64,000 bases of DNA from Scyliorhinus canicula (GCF_902713615.1 NC_052159.1:80328520-80392519); one strand, 5' to 3'; counted from the first letter of the stretch, positions 37,299 to 50,820 are shown. Numbers and translations are program-made. The notes: a model not told the origin generated them from the sequence alone.

Positions 37299-37819
37299 GT
37301 ATGTTAACCTTTTCAACCGTAATCTCGCATTTCGTGCTGCCTCAAAATAACAAGCACTCATTCAGGTAATGGAAAAGAATTATCCTTCAGTACCCCTCAC
37401 ACCTCTTCCGTCAGTAGTCCTGCTAGACTATCTCCAAAAGTCTCCCCACTCTAAAATACATTTGCCTCTGAGTACTGAATAATCGTGATTACACTACAAA
37501 TCTTCCTGCATGCTGTGATGTGAAAGATGGTGATCAAATTGAAAGCCACTCTGACAGTGTGAGTCTTGATAAGGGCTGCTCTTCATTAGCTTCCTGCTGC
37601 TGTCCCCACTTTCCCTGCTGCTGTGGTTCTCTTGGACAAACCTAGTAGTAAATCTCCCACTGATTATTCTGCTGTCTCTGACAAATACATATTAGTCAGC
37701 TACTATTGCACGGTTTTAAATATTAAAAGAACAAACTGTAGTAGAATATATACCTTCTTCAGTTTCTAATATTGACAATATATCTGATGCTGATTAAGAA
37801 TACAATTTATTTTCAAATG

Positions 37820-37960
37820 ACAAATACATGAATAGGATGGGAACAGAGGGATACAGACACCGGAAGTGTAGAAGATTTTAGTTTAGACGGGCATCATAGT
37901 CGGCGCAGGCTTGGAGGGCCGAAGGGCCTGTTCCTGTGCTGTACTTTTCTTTGTTCTTTG
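37820..37960 (+). mobile_element. CR1 3'-end fragment
   Basis: GGGCCGAAGGGCCTGTTCCTGTGCTGTAC followed by a TTCTTTG tail. Confidence 0.85.
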
Positions 37961-38040
37961 ATATCAACAAAGGCCATTCTACCGACAATAATACTGGAGA
38001 AATTAATTCCACTCCCCCATTTTCCTATTAAATGAATTAT

Positions 38041-38206
38041 GGGCGGGATTTTCTGCCCTTGTTTTTCGGCGGAGGCACCAGCGGGATCTTCTGGTCGCAC
38101 CGTTGTCAACGAGATTTCCCCTCGTCGGCAGGAAACCGGAGGCGGGTGTGCGTCATCTGTGGGACCAGCGAAATCTTCCAGCATGAACAGCCAGTGAATT
38201 CCAGCC
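38041..38206. mobile_element. Short MITE
   Basis: GGGCGGGATTTTCT ... AGTGAATTCCAGCC. Confidence 0.65.
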
Positions 38207-38394
38207 ATAATAGCAGCAGCAAGGTCTCATGCTTTTTCTGCATCACTGTTCACATTTGTGGAAATTGTGCGTACAGCCACATTTGAAGCTGGAATTTTTG
38301 CTCACCTTTATCAACTTCAATGCAAATGAAAATGGGGAAAGATGTACTACTGAAAACTCAATCAATATTGTTCATTTCACATTATCTTTTTAAA

Positions 38395-38505
38395 AATAAC
38401 TTTAAGAGTACCCAATTCTTTTTTTCCCAATTAAGGTGCAGTTTAGCATGGCCAATTCACCAACCCTGCACAGTTTTTTGGGCTGTGGGGGTGAGACCCA
38501 CGCAG
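38395..38505 (-). mobile_element. Partial short V-SINE
   Basis: Reverse complement of the 3' half of 53037-53261. Confidence 0.8.
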
Positions 38506-38620
38506 TAAAAACTGTTTTGTACATTCTGTAAGCCTGGTGCAGCATAATTCCTACAATCCAAATCCCAAAGCATTCTTCAATCTATAAAGTCTTCACCATT
38601 AAGCAATTTCAGAAACGCAG

Positions 38621-39875
38621 AGGGCAAAATTCTCCATTTGAGATACGAAGTGCTGACGCCAGGATTGAATGGTGGGTGTTCCACAGTCCCGGTGAAGGTG
38701 CGACTGCTGGAGCCATTCAGGATGTGCAAATAGGCCAGGATTCAGCCACGTGGAACTAGTGCAATTCTAATGCACGCCGGCATGTGATTCGCTGGGGTCG
38801 GGAACGGTATTCAAGTGTCCGACAAGCCAAAGCTGAATATATGCACTCCACTCCTCACACACTCTCATTCCAGCCAAGATGCCACCCCAGAGAACGGCCC
38901 TGAAATTCACAGAGGCAGAGCTTGAGATATTGCTGGATGCCATGGAGGAGAGGCGGGACACACGGTGGGAAGGCGGTTGCCAACTGCCGACATCATCTGG
39001 GCCTGGGCTAAGGTGGCAGGGGCCAAACGTGCCATGCGCCCCATCGCGAGGCCCAGACAGCAGTGTGGAAAGAAGCTGCACAACGTCCTCAGGATGGCCA
39101 TGGTGAGTCACAAGCTCTGTGCCCCTGACAACACCCCCATCCCACATTCCCCACACCCTTCACCCCTTCCACATGCAGCAACCACCAGGTGGACAGGTAG
39201 GCATTGCTGGGTGAAGATGGGAAACCCTCTTGGGCCAGCCCACATGAGGCACCCGCTCCCTGCCCCTGGCACTACCACTGTCCCACACTCCCCAAAACAC
39301 GTCTCCCCCTCCAAGATGGTGACCAAACCCCACCACCAACCGCACACCCCGCCTTGCACTACATGCCAAAACCCATGCTTCCTACCATGACCAGATGCCC
39401 TGCACACATAGGCCATCAGTTTTGGACCCTCTGTGCTGCCTGTGTCCGAGTGTCTCACACTGTACATTATCTGTCCTCCCCAGGAGATGGCGGCCCACAA
39501 CAGTTGGGAGCAGGAGAAGACCTGAGGTGGTGCACCAAACCTGCGGCCCCTCACCATTGTGGAGCTGAGGGCAATGGACCTGGTTTGCTGGGAGGTTGAG
39601 TGGACAGTCGCAGAGGTGGAGGTCAGCATGGGACAACTGAGTGAGCCCTCAATGCATTGCTATGGCCTTATAGCACGTGAGCCAGCCCTCCCCCACAACA
39701 CACATTACCCGCGATCTCACCATTGGTCTTGGCTTGTGTCTTGCAGGGTCAACATCCGGTGAGGTGGAACCATCCGGGGTCTTTTGCCCCCTCACCTCAG
39801 TTGGGCACTTTAGTGAAGAAGCTCCTGTGGCTTTATCTGGTGCGCATGACACACATGCAGTGGTGCATCAGGTAA
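38621..39875 (+). mobile_element. Truncated Harbinger element (Myb-side end) with Myb/SANT-like pseudogene exons 1-3
   Basis: TIR GGGCAAAATTCTCC. Exon 1 (38879-39102) reads KFTEAELEILLDAMEERR..AWAKVA..QQCGKKLHNV, followed by GTGAGT. Exon 2 is 39484-39640; exon 3 starts at 39747. Confidence 0.85.
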
Positions 39876-40689
39876 GTGTATTTCAAGCACTAAGTGCATT
39901 CCAATCACAAGCGTGTGATTTCACTGCACTTACCTCTCTTTGATGTGGTAAAGTATACAAACATTGGGGTTTCGCCACTTAGGCCACTGAATCGTGAAAG
40001 GACATGAATGAATCAAAGCTGCGAATGGCTTGTTAAAGTTGTCAATCACAGACCACTACTAGAAAGCTAATGAATGGCTTGCAGCTAATGGCTCTGTGGG
40101 AACAAAACGCAGGCACAGTTGCTCTCCTTCGAGGAATGGGCACCTGGAGTTGCAAGGTGAGGATTATAGCTGTAATTCTTCTCACTGCCCCAGCCTGGAC
40201 TGCTCTCCAGCTGTAAGGTACTTGCTGGTGTAAAACATGCGTGGAGAGCAGGGAACAGACTTCTGCTGTTTGGGAAGTATCAATGATACTTGTTGCAACC
40301 TTCAACAGTGATCACATACAGAAACAACAGAATTTCTCAGAATTTTAAATGACAATATTAAAAAAGGCCATTCGATACTAAGAGATATAAAATGGATTTC
40401 ATAAGCCAACATCCTGGAACCCGTGTCGATGTTGTTATCGCTAATTGGTAACTGTCTTACCTAACATGAATTTGATTCTGTTCTAGGTCTTAAACATGTA
40501 CTGCTACTAAAATGCTTTAGCACCACACAAGTATGATTTGTGAATTGTGTTGAGCAAAGTCACTAAAGAAGATCATAGGGATCCCAATCTCTTTCTGAGA
40601 ACTGAGAAGTGAAAAGTATCACCTAGATCTAGTATTGAAAGAGTTTGCATTTATGTCACACATTCCATGATTTCCCCTGTGCTGCCATG

Positions 40690-40900
40690 ATGAATTATGG
40701 TTTAGCTCAGTTGGCTGGACAGCTGGTTTGTGATGCAGAGCAAGGCCAACAGGGTTCAAATGTTGTACCGGCTGAGATTATTTATGAAGGCCCTTCTCAA
40801 CTTTGCCCCTTGCCTGAGGTGTGTGGTGATTCTCAGGTTAAATCACTGCCAGTCAGCTCCTCTCTTAGAGGGGAAAGCAGCGTATGGTCATCTGGATCCA
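40690..40900 (+). mobile_element. tRNA-derived SINE (third family, degenerate)
   Basis: A box GGTTTAGCTCAGTTGG and B box GGGTTCAAAT. Confidence 0.6.
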
Positions 40901-40957
40901 CAATTGATCGCAATATTATTCATGCATATACTGCATACTCAAACTGCAATTATTAAA

Positions 40958-41267
40958 TAGAACATAGAACATACAGTGCAGAAGGAGTCCATTCGACCCA
41001 TTAAGTCTGCACCGACCCACTTAAGCCCTCACTTCCACCCTATCCCCGTAACCTAATAACCCCTCCTAAATTTTTTGGTCACTAAGGGCAATTTATCATG
41101 GCCAATCCACCTAACCTGCACGTCTTTGGACTGTGGGAGGAAACCAGAGCACCCGGAGGAAACCCACGCAGACACGGGGAGAACTTGCAGACTCCGCAAG
41201 GGAATCGAATCTGGGACCCTGGCACTGTGAAGCCACAGTGCTATCCACTTGTGCTACTGGGCTGCCC
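40958..41267 (-). mobile_element. HE1-type V-SINE
   Basis: Homologous to 17050-17405. Confidence 0.9.
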
Positions 41268-41954
41268 AAAGTAAATCAGTTGGAAACATTTCGCACTCAG
41301 AAGTTTAGAGTTCATGTTTACTTCAGAATTCAAGCATGTCATCCTGGTAACCCGATAACGTCATACTTCAAGAATGTTGCATTTTTAGTGGCTTTGTCCT
41401 TTAAGTTGGATATTAAAATGAGATATTGTTTGTGTAAACTTTAAAGATTATTTGGTACTATCTGAAGAGCAGGACGTTTCCTCAGATCCCAGCCAACATC
41501 CTTATCTCAATAATTAATAGACTTTATCTCAGTGAGATTTGCACATCTGCCTTTGTAATAAACTGATTGATGCTTTTCCTCATGCAATGATCACTATGTC
41601 AAAAAAGAATGAATCATTTTCAGATATTTCTAAGGTCAATGCTAAACTGCTATATAAAAATAGTTTATTTTAAATATTCTCCAGATGGCCTCGCCTTCCG
41701 CAATATGTGCATTACAATTATACAAAATTAATGAGCATGAAAAGGCCGACTGGTCCATCAAACCCGTCTTACATTTGCGATGACCAGAACATTATGAATA
41801 AACACTTCCTCCTTCCAGCATCCCCTCCCCCTGCAGCATGGCAGCGGCAAAGAAACTAAGGAAAACCTCCCGAGCTAATAAGAGAAAAGTACATTAGAAA
41901 ATTCCTTCTCGACTCCCTCAGGCAACAGGAATGTCCAGGAGATAATATCTGGCC

Positions 41955-42112
41955 ATTGGGATTCTCTTTTCCCCCCCGGCAACGATTTATTGGATGTCTG
42001 AAGTGGCTTCAATGGGAAATCTCAGTGGCAAGTCGTGGGAGTAGAGAATCTCGCCACCAGCGAATGGCGCACCGCTGAGAAACACCCGGCTGGGGGAATG
42101 GAGACTCCCACA
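41955..42112. mobile_element. Short MITE
   Basis: TGGGATTCTCT ... GGAGACTCCCA; related to 15116-15285. Confidence 0.6.
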
Positions 42113-42806
42113 CAACAGCTTATCTATCGATAAAGACACTTAGCTCCTACATGATGTGATCTCTATCCCAGTTAAGGACAAGTTCAGTGCCCTGTTGAAA
42201 GCACAGAGAGTGATAGTGTCTGCCATATCAGATGGCAATATATTCCAGACACTCACTGTTTTCTGGGAAAAGAAGAACTCGCTAATGTCCATTCAACAAT
42301 AACACAATCTGACCTGATGAACTGTACCTGGCTTTTCGTTGTAGTCCAGCAAAGCACCCTATGAGGTAATAATGATTTTATGTTATATATCATCCCACGG
42401 TAATGGTCACTGCTTATAATAATTCAGACAATCTGCTGTAAAAAGGGGGCGGGAAACTCATATTATTCTGCTGTCTCGCACATATCTTTTCCTATTCTGA
42501 CACGTTCGTTTAAGGTCACAAGTTTGTAATTATTGTGAATAGGTGAATCTGGAGATCAATTACAGGCTGACTATTATTGACAAAATTGACATGGCTAAAG
42601 GCTGACTTCATTAAAATGTGATATAGAACTTTTCACGTAAAATGTAACAGATGTATCTTAAAACTTTCATGTTTAGGCTGAAAGCTTGGTGAGGCAATAT
42701 GCTTGGTAGTAATGATATATGCAACGATGTAACACAGTTAATGAACTGGGAATATGGTCATGCATTGACTATATTATTGGACTAATAATCCATTGTTCTT
42801 TTTCAG

Positions 42807-42996
42807 TTCTGTCCCTGAAGGCAGGTCCAACCCACAGTGCCCTGACCTCCACCAGGGGTACAGCAAAGAGGAGGTTGGCTTTCTGCCCAGCCCGCCTCTG
42901 TACCCATCAGCCTCCACACTTCTTCCAGCGGTGGTGAGCCCATCTTCCAATCAAACACACACAACCACCACAGCTCTATCCCGAACCCCAGAATGA
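42807..42996 (+). other. Candidate host-gene (terminal) exon
   Basis: Acceptor ttgttctttttcag is followed by a GC-richer block with two open frames (SVPEGRSNP..RTPE* and LSLKAGP..FQRW*) inside AT-rich unique DNA. Confidence 0.35.
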
Positions 42997-43049
42997 AACC
43001 CAACCTTCTGGGCTTGTCTTTTTTTCATTCTCAGGTTCATGCAGTGGGG

Positions 43050-43155
43050 ATTGTTGGGTTACGGGTATTTGAGTAGGGTCATCATTGCTCGGCACAACAT
43101 CGAGGGCCGAAGGGCCTGTTCTGTGCTGTACTGTTCTATGTTCTATGTTCTAATG
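43050..43155 (+). mobile_element. 3' fragment of an HE1-type SINE
   Basis: Same tail as 17050-17160 in the opposite orientation. Confidence 0.85.
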
Positions 43156-43222
43156 AACAAGCTTATGAGGTAATCAAAAGCTCCTCATTCCAAGCTATGC
43201 ATTCATCTCCTAAATTTAATTG

Positions 43223-43410
43223 AAATGAAAAAAAGAAATTTAAAATGTATATTGTCACAAGTAGGCTTCAGCGAAGTTACTGTGAAAAGCCCCTAGTCGC
43301 CACATTCTAGCGCCTGTTCGGGGAGGCTGGTTCGGGAATTGAATCGTGCTGCTGGCCTGCCTTGGTCTGCTTTAAAAGCCAGCTATTTAGCCCTGTGCTA
43401 AACCAGCCCC
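43223..43410 (-). mobile_element. Short tRNA-derived SINE (second family)
   Basis: Reverse complement of 26435-26614. Confidence 0.85.
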
Positions 43411-44629
43411 TGGTTGCAAAGGTGTATTTATAAAATCCATCCAATGGTGTGAATCCTGACAGGCATTTCTTAATTTATTTTATGAACTTTTTAAATTCTT
43501 GTTATGGTAGTGTGATAATGAACTTTAATTTTAATGCCAGTGAAAGTTATAATGATTAGACTTGTATCAGATTTATGTGTGTCCTGTCGGAGGATGGAAA
43601 TGAAAACTCATCATTTAAATGCCTCGCATTTAAATAAGATATAGGAATGGAAACTTTTAGATTGTCAGCAATTTTACTCTTGATCCTTACAATGGCACTG
43701 CGGATGGTTTAGTGGCATTCCCAATTCTCTGCAGTTACTGATTTGAGTTTAAAGAATTATCGCATGTGAACCAGAGCATTCAAAATTGGACCTTAGCCTG
43801 TCCATTTGTTGAATGGAAGTGGGTCCCAGGTTTTAACAGTTTTTGTTGGGAGATGCCAGGTGAATGAAACACATGGAGGTACATCAGTGGCTGTAATGGT
43901 GTGGGGCTGCCTCGTCTTGTCCGGGGCATCTGCCTAAATTCAACATATAACGAGGGCCTTAGACCTATTTAGGGCCCATTTCTGAATTTGATTTCTGCCA
44001 GTTATTCAAAGAGATCCTACTTATTTCAGCTTGCTAAAGGGTACTTGGTGGGCTGGCTTTGGACAGTTTTGACTGCAGTGACAGTGCTTTTAACCATCTT
44101 TTACACACTATTTTGAAGTACAGTAGATTTTCTGTTTTTTGCGTTTGTGCACATTTGCTACTAGCTGCCATTAAAGTTGGAGGATAAGTAACAGCAGCAT
44201 TAGCAAAGGCGAGTCCACGGACCTGCGCGAGTGTATTAACCTTGACTCAGCAGTAGAACACTCACCTCCAAGTCAGCAGGTTGTTCATTCCAGTCACCCA
44301 GCAAAGGCTTCAGGGCATTTTCCAAGCTGACACTTCTGTACAATATTAGGGATTGTCTTTTCAATGATCTCATCTACTCGCCCAGATGGGCATATAGGGT
44401 GGGATTCTCCATCAGCCGACGCCGAAATTGGGAAACGCGACTGGGAGGAGAATCGGTTCTGACGTTGAAATCGCAGCGGGTGCAGATTGCACGCCAAATC
44501 GCAATTATCCATCGCCTTGACAGCAGTGTCAATGCGTCCCAGATTGCACGTAGAGTAAACAACAATTGCATATCATGAGCGGGTCTGACCTAATATTCTC
44601 CAGGACCTGTGCGATTCTCCACCTCTGAT

Positions 44630-44938
44630 GGGTGGCGGGGTACCACAGTGGGTAGCACTGTTGCTTCGCAGTACTAGGGTCCCGGGTTCAAGTCCCGGCT
44701 TGGGCCACTATCTGTGCAGAGTCTGCATGTTCTCCCCCCGTCCACGTGGATTTACTTCGGACGCTCCGGTTTCCTGCCACAAGGCCTGTAGAGGTGCTTG
44801 TTAGGCGAATTAGACAATCTGAATTGTCCCTCACTGTACCCGAACAGGCGCCGGAGTGTGGCGATGAGGGGATTTTCACAGTAACTTCATTGCAGTGTTA
44901 ATGTACGCCTTCTTGTGACACTAATAAAGATTATTATA
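44630..44938 (+). mobile_element. V-SINE with an alternative 3' tail
   Basis: HE1-like head and V domain, but the tail CCCGAACAGGCGCCGGAGTGTGGCGA..TTTTCACAGTAACTTCATT..TTGTGACA is shared with the 26435 family. Confidence 0.85.
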
Positions 44939-45500
44939 AAAACAAATTCCCAACGGCGAGGTTCACTTGCTTTTAAAAATTGTGAAACCGGCATTGAGCC
45001 CAATGAGGGAGAGAGAGATGGTAGTACACGGAGAAGCGCGGCTGCAGGCTGCTGGGTTGGATATTGGCCAGGCTGGCTGAGGGAGGGGGGCCCTGCCAGG
45101 GCCAGTGGGTGGTAACTGGGGAATGGGCCGTGACCCTGGGGTGACCCCCCATGCCACTGGGGCAGGCTGTCCAGGTATGGCTGCCATTGCCACAGCCTGC
45201 AAGGCTGCCATCTTGCTGAACACCCCACTGACCACACACTTTGGCCCCTGGTTCTGCAGAATGACACTGGCTGTATGGGTTCACCCAGTCCCTCACCCCT
45301 GCACCTCACCTCCCCCCTTCCACCCCACCATCCCCGCATCCCACCCTCCACCATCCCACCCCCACCCAACTGGCCACCACTCGTTGGCGAGTCATCAGGT
45401 GGTCCCTCCAGGGTAATGCACACTGTAGCCCCTAAGGAGGTGCCGGGTGGGGCCGTAGAGCATACTACTGGCAAGGGCAGTGCCAGCCGACAGAACCAAG

Positions 45501-45944
45501 TATCTTGTTATGCTATTTCGGTGTAACATAAGTGGCTTCCTTGTGGTGTACACGACAAAGGAAGGTTCAGACGTGAAGATAACTCCAATACGTTTATTAA
45601 ACTATGTACACTATTATAACTTGGGTTCGACACTACTGTAAATCCTCCTGTAGCTCCTCAGACTGACTAACCAGATTGCTACACTCCACATGGTGGGAAT
45701 GATATCGAATCAACCTTGTCTCTGTACTCTCTGACTGTCGCCACTGGAAAGAGGCAGATCATGTATGTGGTGTCCTTTATATATGAGTTGGTGTAATGCC
45801 CTCCTGTGGTCGTGTCCTATCTAACTGATGTATTGGTTGAGTGAGTGTGTATGATGTCTCTGGTGCTCCCTCTAGTAGTGTCTAATTATTCTACATGTAT
45901 GTACATTAACCCCTTGTGTATTTACAGTGATGAACATCACCACA
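45501..45944 (-). mobile_element. Solo LTR
   Basis: CCAAG TSD on both sides; TATA box and AATAAA on the minus strand. Confidence 0.8.
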
Positions 45945-46275
45945 CCAAGGACATACGGCAGGGACAGAGTCACAACGATGCCGGACACCGACGGGCCCAG
46001 GGGTGCGGGGATGGAGGGTGGGAATATGCAGGAGTTGAGTCCATGGTGCCAACTGGGGGCATTAGACCTGGTTGGGCACGGGGGTACCCACCAGGCTAAC
46101 ATGTCGGCCTGCAGACAATGGATATTGGTATTCAATCAGATCTGTGAGCTTCCTTCTTCCTGTTAGTCGCAGCAGCCCTGGGGATAACCTGCGGCTCTAC
46201 GAAGCTGCAGCAGCGGAGTGTGCAACAGTGGAGCCTGCCCCAGAGGAACAGGAGGCAGATGTCCAGGGTGGAGAG

Positions 46276-46650
46276 TGTGATATTATACAAATGTACAGCA
46301 TGTGAAGAGTTAATGTTATGTTAAGCCTAGCCACTAGAGTGAGCTGAGGGACAGTACTATAAATTGTACTGGCTCTTGGGCTTCGGGAAGGAGATTAGAT
46401 TGGAGCTGAAGAAGACAAGATTCATAGTGCATTGCACAGCTAGTTAAGATATAATAGTTATAGTTAATAGATGGAGATAGTGTTAGTAAGTATCGTTTAA
46501 TTCTTACATCTATGTCTGCTATTCAGAATAAGTGTCAAACATAAATTTAGTAGCATTAATAAAATTAGTTTAGTTCTTCAAAAGACTCTTTGTGTGTCTT
46601 TGTGTATACTACGCCTTCCACCCTGAAAACCCCTCACAAAGATCACCGCA
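46276..46650 (+). mobile_element. Solo LTR inside the transposase N-terminus
   Basis: GAGAG|TG...CA|GAGAG, with TATAAA and AATAAA. Confidence 0.87.
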
Positions 46651-47408
46651 GAGAGCTGGCCACCCAACAGGCCGAGGAGGAGGTGCAAAGAAAGTGTCAC
46701 ATGAGTCACCAGCAGCGTGTATTAGCGGTGCCTGTCAACCGAATACTTGCCGCAACGAGCATGCCGTCAAAGACTCCGGCTGGGCAGGGTTTTCATGGCG
46801 CACCTGGCACCGCGGGGGGCAGGCATCCGCTCCCAGTCACCATCAAGGCCACTCCTTCCAGGTGCCAAGTGGGAACCTGTGTGGGATCTCAGAGCTCAGT
46901 GCCCAGGTACAACCGTTCAGTCACAGAGGCCCTATTCGCCCGGTTGGCACAATACATCCATTTCAATGTGGACCAAGCCCACCATGATTCCCGGGCAGCA
47001 GGGTTCGGCACCATCAGTGCCCTGGGCCCAGGAGGTGATCGGCGGGATGCACGTCCCCCCACGAGCACCTGCAGATGACAGGCCACTCTACACAAAACAA
47101 AAGCAGTTTAATTCATTGAACGTGCAACTGATATTTGCCCATCAGATGCACATCATGCACATCTGCGTCTGATACCCGGCAGTGTGCACAATGCCTTCAT
47201 CCTTGAACACTCGATGATTCCTGGCATGTTCCAGACACCCCCCGGTGGGGGGTTTGCCTCCTGGGCAACAGGGGCTATCCACTCCGGTCGAGGCTGATGA
47301 CGCCTATCAGAGGCCATGGACTGATGCAGAGACCTGCTACAACGATGTCCATGCAGCGACCAGGAGTGTGATAGAGCGGTACTTTGGCCTCCTGAAGATG
47401 CAGTTTTG

Positions 47409-48077
47409 GGGTGATGTTCTGTGATCCTGAGGCTAAGTGTTGATGCCGTCCGAAACGCTGCCGCATTTGCCGACGGCATCAACACGGCCTCAGGATCAGC
47501 AATTCTGGACCGTACAGGGGGCCAGCATGGCACTTGAGCGGTTCACATCGCTCCAGCTGCTGATCCCGGCGCAAACTGGGCGCCGCGGCATCCGCGCAGG
47601 CACAGTGGCACCGACGCCGATGCGCACATACGCAGTGGCTTCCTTCAACGCTCCGGCCTCGATGCAACATGGCAATGGCACAGGACTACAGGGGCCGGCA
47701 CGGACGAAAGTAGGCCGCCAGCCAGAGGGGCCAACCCGCCGATCAGTGGACCCCGATCGCGGGCCAGGCCACATCGGAGCCCCCCCCGGGGTCGGAACCC
47801 ACTCCCCCCCACAGGCCACCCCACCGACCCTTCCACACTGAGTTCCCGCTGGCTGAGAGCAGGTGTGGACGGCGCCGGCAGGACTTGGCGTTTTTACGGC
47901 GGCCGCTCGAATCATCCCGGGCCGAGAATCAGGGGGCCGGCCACGTAGAGCAGCCCCCGACCGGCACCGCACCAACCATGCAGGCGCCATCGCGTGCTGG
48001 CGTCGGGACAGCGTGGCGGGATTCGGGCCGGTCACAGGGAGTCTCCGGCCCGACCCCGGGCCGAGAGAATCCCGCCC
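47409..48077. mobile_element. Harbinger-type MITE inside the transposase
   Basis: TTG|GGGTGATGTTCTG ... AGAGAATCCCGCCC|TAG. Removing it restores ATG CAG TTT AGG TGT CTG GAC. Confidence 0.9.
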
Positions 48078-48755
48078 TAGGTGTCTGGACCGCTCTTGAG
48101 AAGCTCTAAAGTATGACACTGAGAAGGTTGCCAGCATTGTGGCGGCCTGCTGCATCCTCCACAACATCACGCAGCAGAGAGGCAATGTGCTGGAGGAGGA
48201 GGAGAAACTGGACAGGGGCACGGACTCAACATCCCACCCCCACACACCCCCAACCCCTCCCCACCGGACACCCCTTGCCTGCAACCCCCTCCATGATACA
48301 TACCTGCCACACTACAGGGAGTGGACCCTGGGTTGACATTAACACTGGGTCTGGTTAATGGGATGGAAGATGATGACAACCCTCTCTGCGATTAGCTCGA
48401 GGGCTCCACATCGTTTGACAACATCTGACTCCTGCCATTGATCAGCACTTTCCACCGTCCACCTGGGTGATCCCTGCCTACGAGCTGGGCATTCTATCAC
48501 ACGGTGCCATCGGATCCCTGGGGTGATGGTGGTGGGGATGGTCGGGGGGGGGGGGGGGGGGTGGAGCCTAAGCCACCCACAACATCTCCCCATTTCATGC
48601 CCTCCCATCTCCCGCACTCCTGCCAGCCCATACCAGCCCACCCCTCATACCCATCTGACAGAACAGAGGCAAGTTGTGACAGTGTGAACAGGAATCAACG
48701 TGCATAAATATTTATAGGTACATGCCCTAGCCCCATAACTAAAATGTGTCCCAAC

Positions 48756-50820
48756 TTAACTGGTGACTAACTTTCTGGCCTTATGGGCCATAACGCTATG
48801 TCTAGGTGGATCTCCAGACAATACAGCAGGAGTGGAGGTGGCCTGCTGTGATTCCCACCCTACGATCTGGGTCTCCGTTGGCGCACATCTCCTGGGGCGA
48901 CGGATCTGGATGGGCCCAGCTGCTCCTCGGGTGCCCTAGAGGTGTGGTGTCACCCTGTTCTGCCCGCTGCCCACCAGACGCATCAGGGACAGGAGGGATG
49001 GGGAGCGGGGAGTCTGAGGTGCTGTGAATTCCCTTTAGAAGTAACCGGCACGGGCCCCATCACCTCCTCCTCCCTCAGGGTGCCCGATGGCCCCAGCTAC
49101 TCCATGGGACCAGGGTGCGAGCGGAGCTATCTCCTGAGGCACCCCCACCACCTGGCGCTGCCAGTCCTGGAGGCCCACTCTGGTCTTGACCAGGGTCTGC
49201 ATGCCATGGAGCACAGGGAGTGGGCCATCTCTGTCTGGGACTGCACCATATCACCCACTGACCGTGCCACCATCTTCTGGGTCTATGTCACATCAGCCAT
49301 TGACTGCGCCATTTCCTTCTTAGACTGGGCAACCTCCCCCTGTATCTGTAGCATGTCAGCCAGTGCCAGGGCAATGCCGCTGATGTTCTGAGCCATGGCT
49401 TGCTGTGACTGGGCCACGTTCAGAAGCACCACTGTGATGTGCAGGTGGCACTAGCACATGGCTGCCTGTGAAGTGACAATCTTGTCCTGGGCTTCAGCCA
49501 ACACCTGGACAGAATGGCTCAGGCCTTGGACATGCTGATCCACAGCAAAAACCCTAACCTCCAATATCTCCACTGCGGATGCCACCCATGTGGTATTGGC
49601 TCCTGCACGCGGTTGGACTCCTCCAATTGCACCTGTAGGTTCTGGATGCTCGCCGACAATCCCTCATGTAGTCCCTGGCTCTGCGACTGCATCTCCACGG
49701 TCAATGAGATTGTCCATTCCAGAAACCCGAACCTTGTCTGGATGGCAGCTAGTTCCAAGGGTCAGCCCGCCCTCCGACTGTCCACCCCCTCGGGTGGTCC
49801 TACCTCCACTTGATGTATGGGAGCAGCTGTGTGGTGAGCAGAACATAGTGTCTCAGGGGCCTGTTCACGAAAGTGCCTAACTGAGGTGAGTGTTTCTGGG
49901 GTGGTGGAGATTGTTGGTGACAGCTGTCACGGGAAACCTTTGTCGTCCTCTGACTCGAGCTCCGGGGTACCTTGGGTCTCCTGTTGAAGGCTGCCGTCCA
50001 TGATACTCTCATCAATGCTGGTCAGCACACAGGAGGCTCTGGCTATGGCACTGGCTCGGGGCTGGAACACCAGATGGACGCGCCCCATCACCAGCAGGTC
50101 CTACAAGACACAAGACAAGAAGCATGATTAGGCCCCAGGCCGAGGGGAGTGGGGTGGTGGAGTGAGGGTGAGGGTGGGCGTGAGGGTGGTGTGGGGGTGA
50201 GGGTGGAGCAACTCAGCGGGGTCTCACTTCCTTGCCCGCGGCCGAACTCCACCCCGGCGACCACCCTTTCCTCAGGGCTGTCAACCATGGGCCGGGTCTG
50301 CAGCTCTGCCATGGTTAGGGACCGCAGGTCAGGTGATTGCCCTCCAGTTTTCTCAGCTCCCGGCAGTTATGGGCGGCTTTTTCCGGAGGGGAACAGAAAA
50401 TGACAGTGTCAGACAGTCTTATGTATGCAGCCCAGAGTGTGGGTAGCTGGTGCCCTCAGTGGCCAGGGCAACCTGCCATGGCGGCCTGTATGGGTGCCGG
50501 CATGTGGTGCAGGGTGGGTGTTCGGACACCCTCCGGGTGGGGGGGATGGGGTGGTTGCGCCATGAGTGACTGGGACGGGGTTAGTGTCGGGGCACAGTGC
50601 TGCCTACTCACCCTGGCCACCCTTGGGAGGCCATGCAGTTTTTTATGGCACTACAGGCCGGCCTGGATGGTGTTGCTTGTGGCGGTGACCGCCTCTGCCA
50701 CCTTCACCCAGGACCATGAGCGGCGGCGCCTGGCAGCCTCCTTCCCGGGCAGGGGTACAAGGCGGCTCTCCTCTCCAGCTTGGCGTCCGTGAAACAGTGT
50801 GCTGCTCTCCTCGCTGCCAT
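48756..50820 (-). pseudogene. Three-exon Myb/SANT-like (NAIF1-type) partner gene
   Basis: Exon 1 (50820-50612) begins MAARRAAHCFTDAKLE and is followed by GTGAGT. Exon 2 is about 50385-50228. Exon 3 (50100-48756) ends HKARKLVTS*. Confidence 0.85.

Larger units (their letters stand above)
46118..48250 (+). pseudogene. Harbinger DDE transposase (HARBI1-like), disrupted
   Basis: SFQVPSG..GIS, VIGGMHV, SLNVQLI, PGSVHNAFIL, GNRGYP, VIERYFGLLKMQF|RCLDRS and ACCILHNI. Interrupted by a solo LTR and a MITE. Confidence 0.92.
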
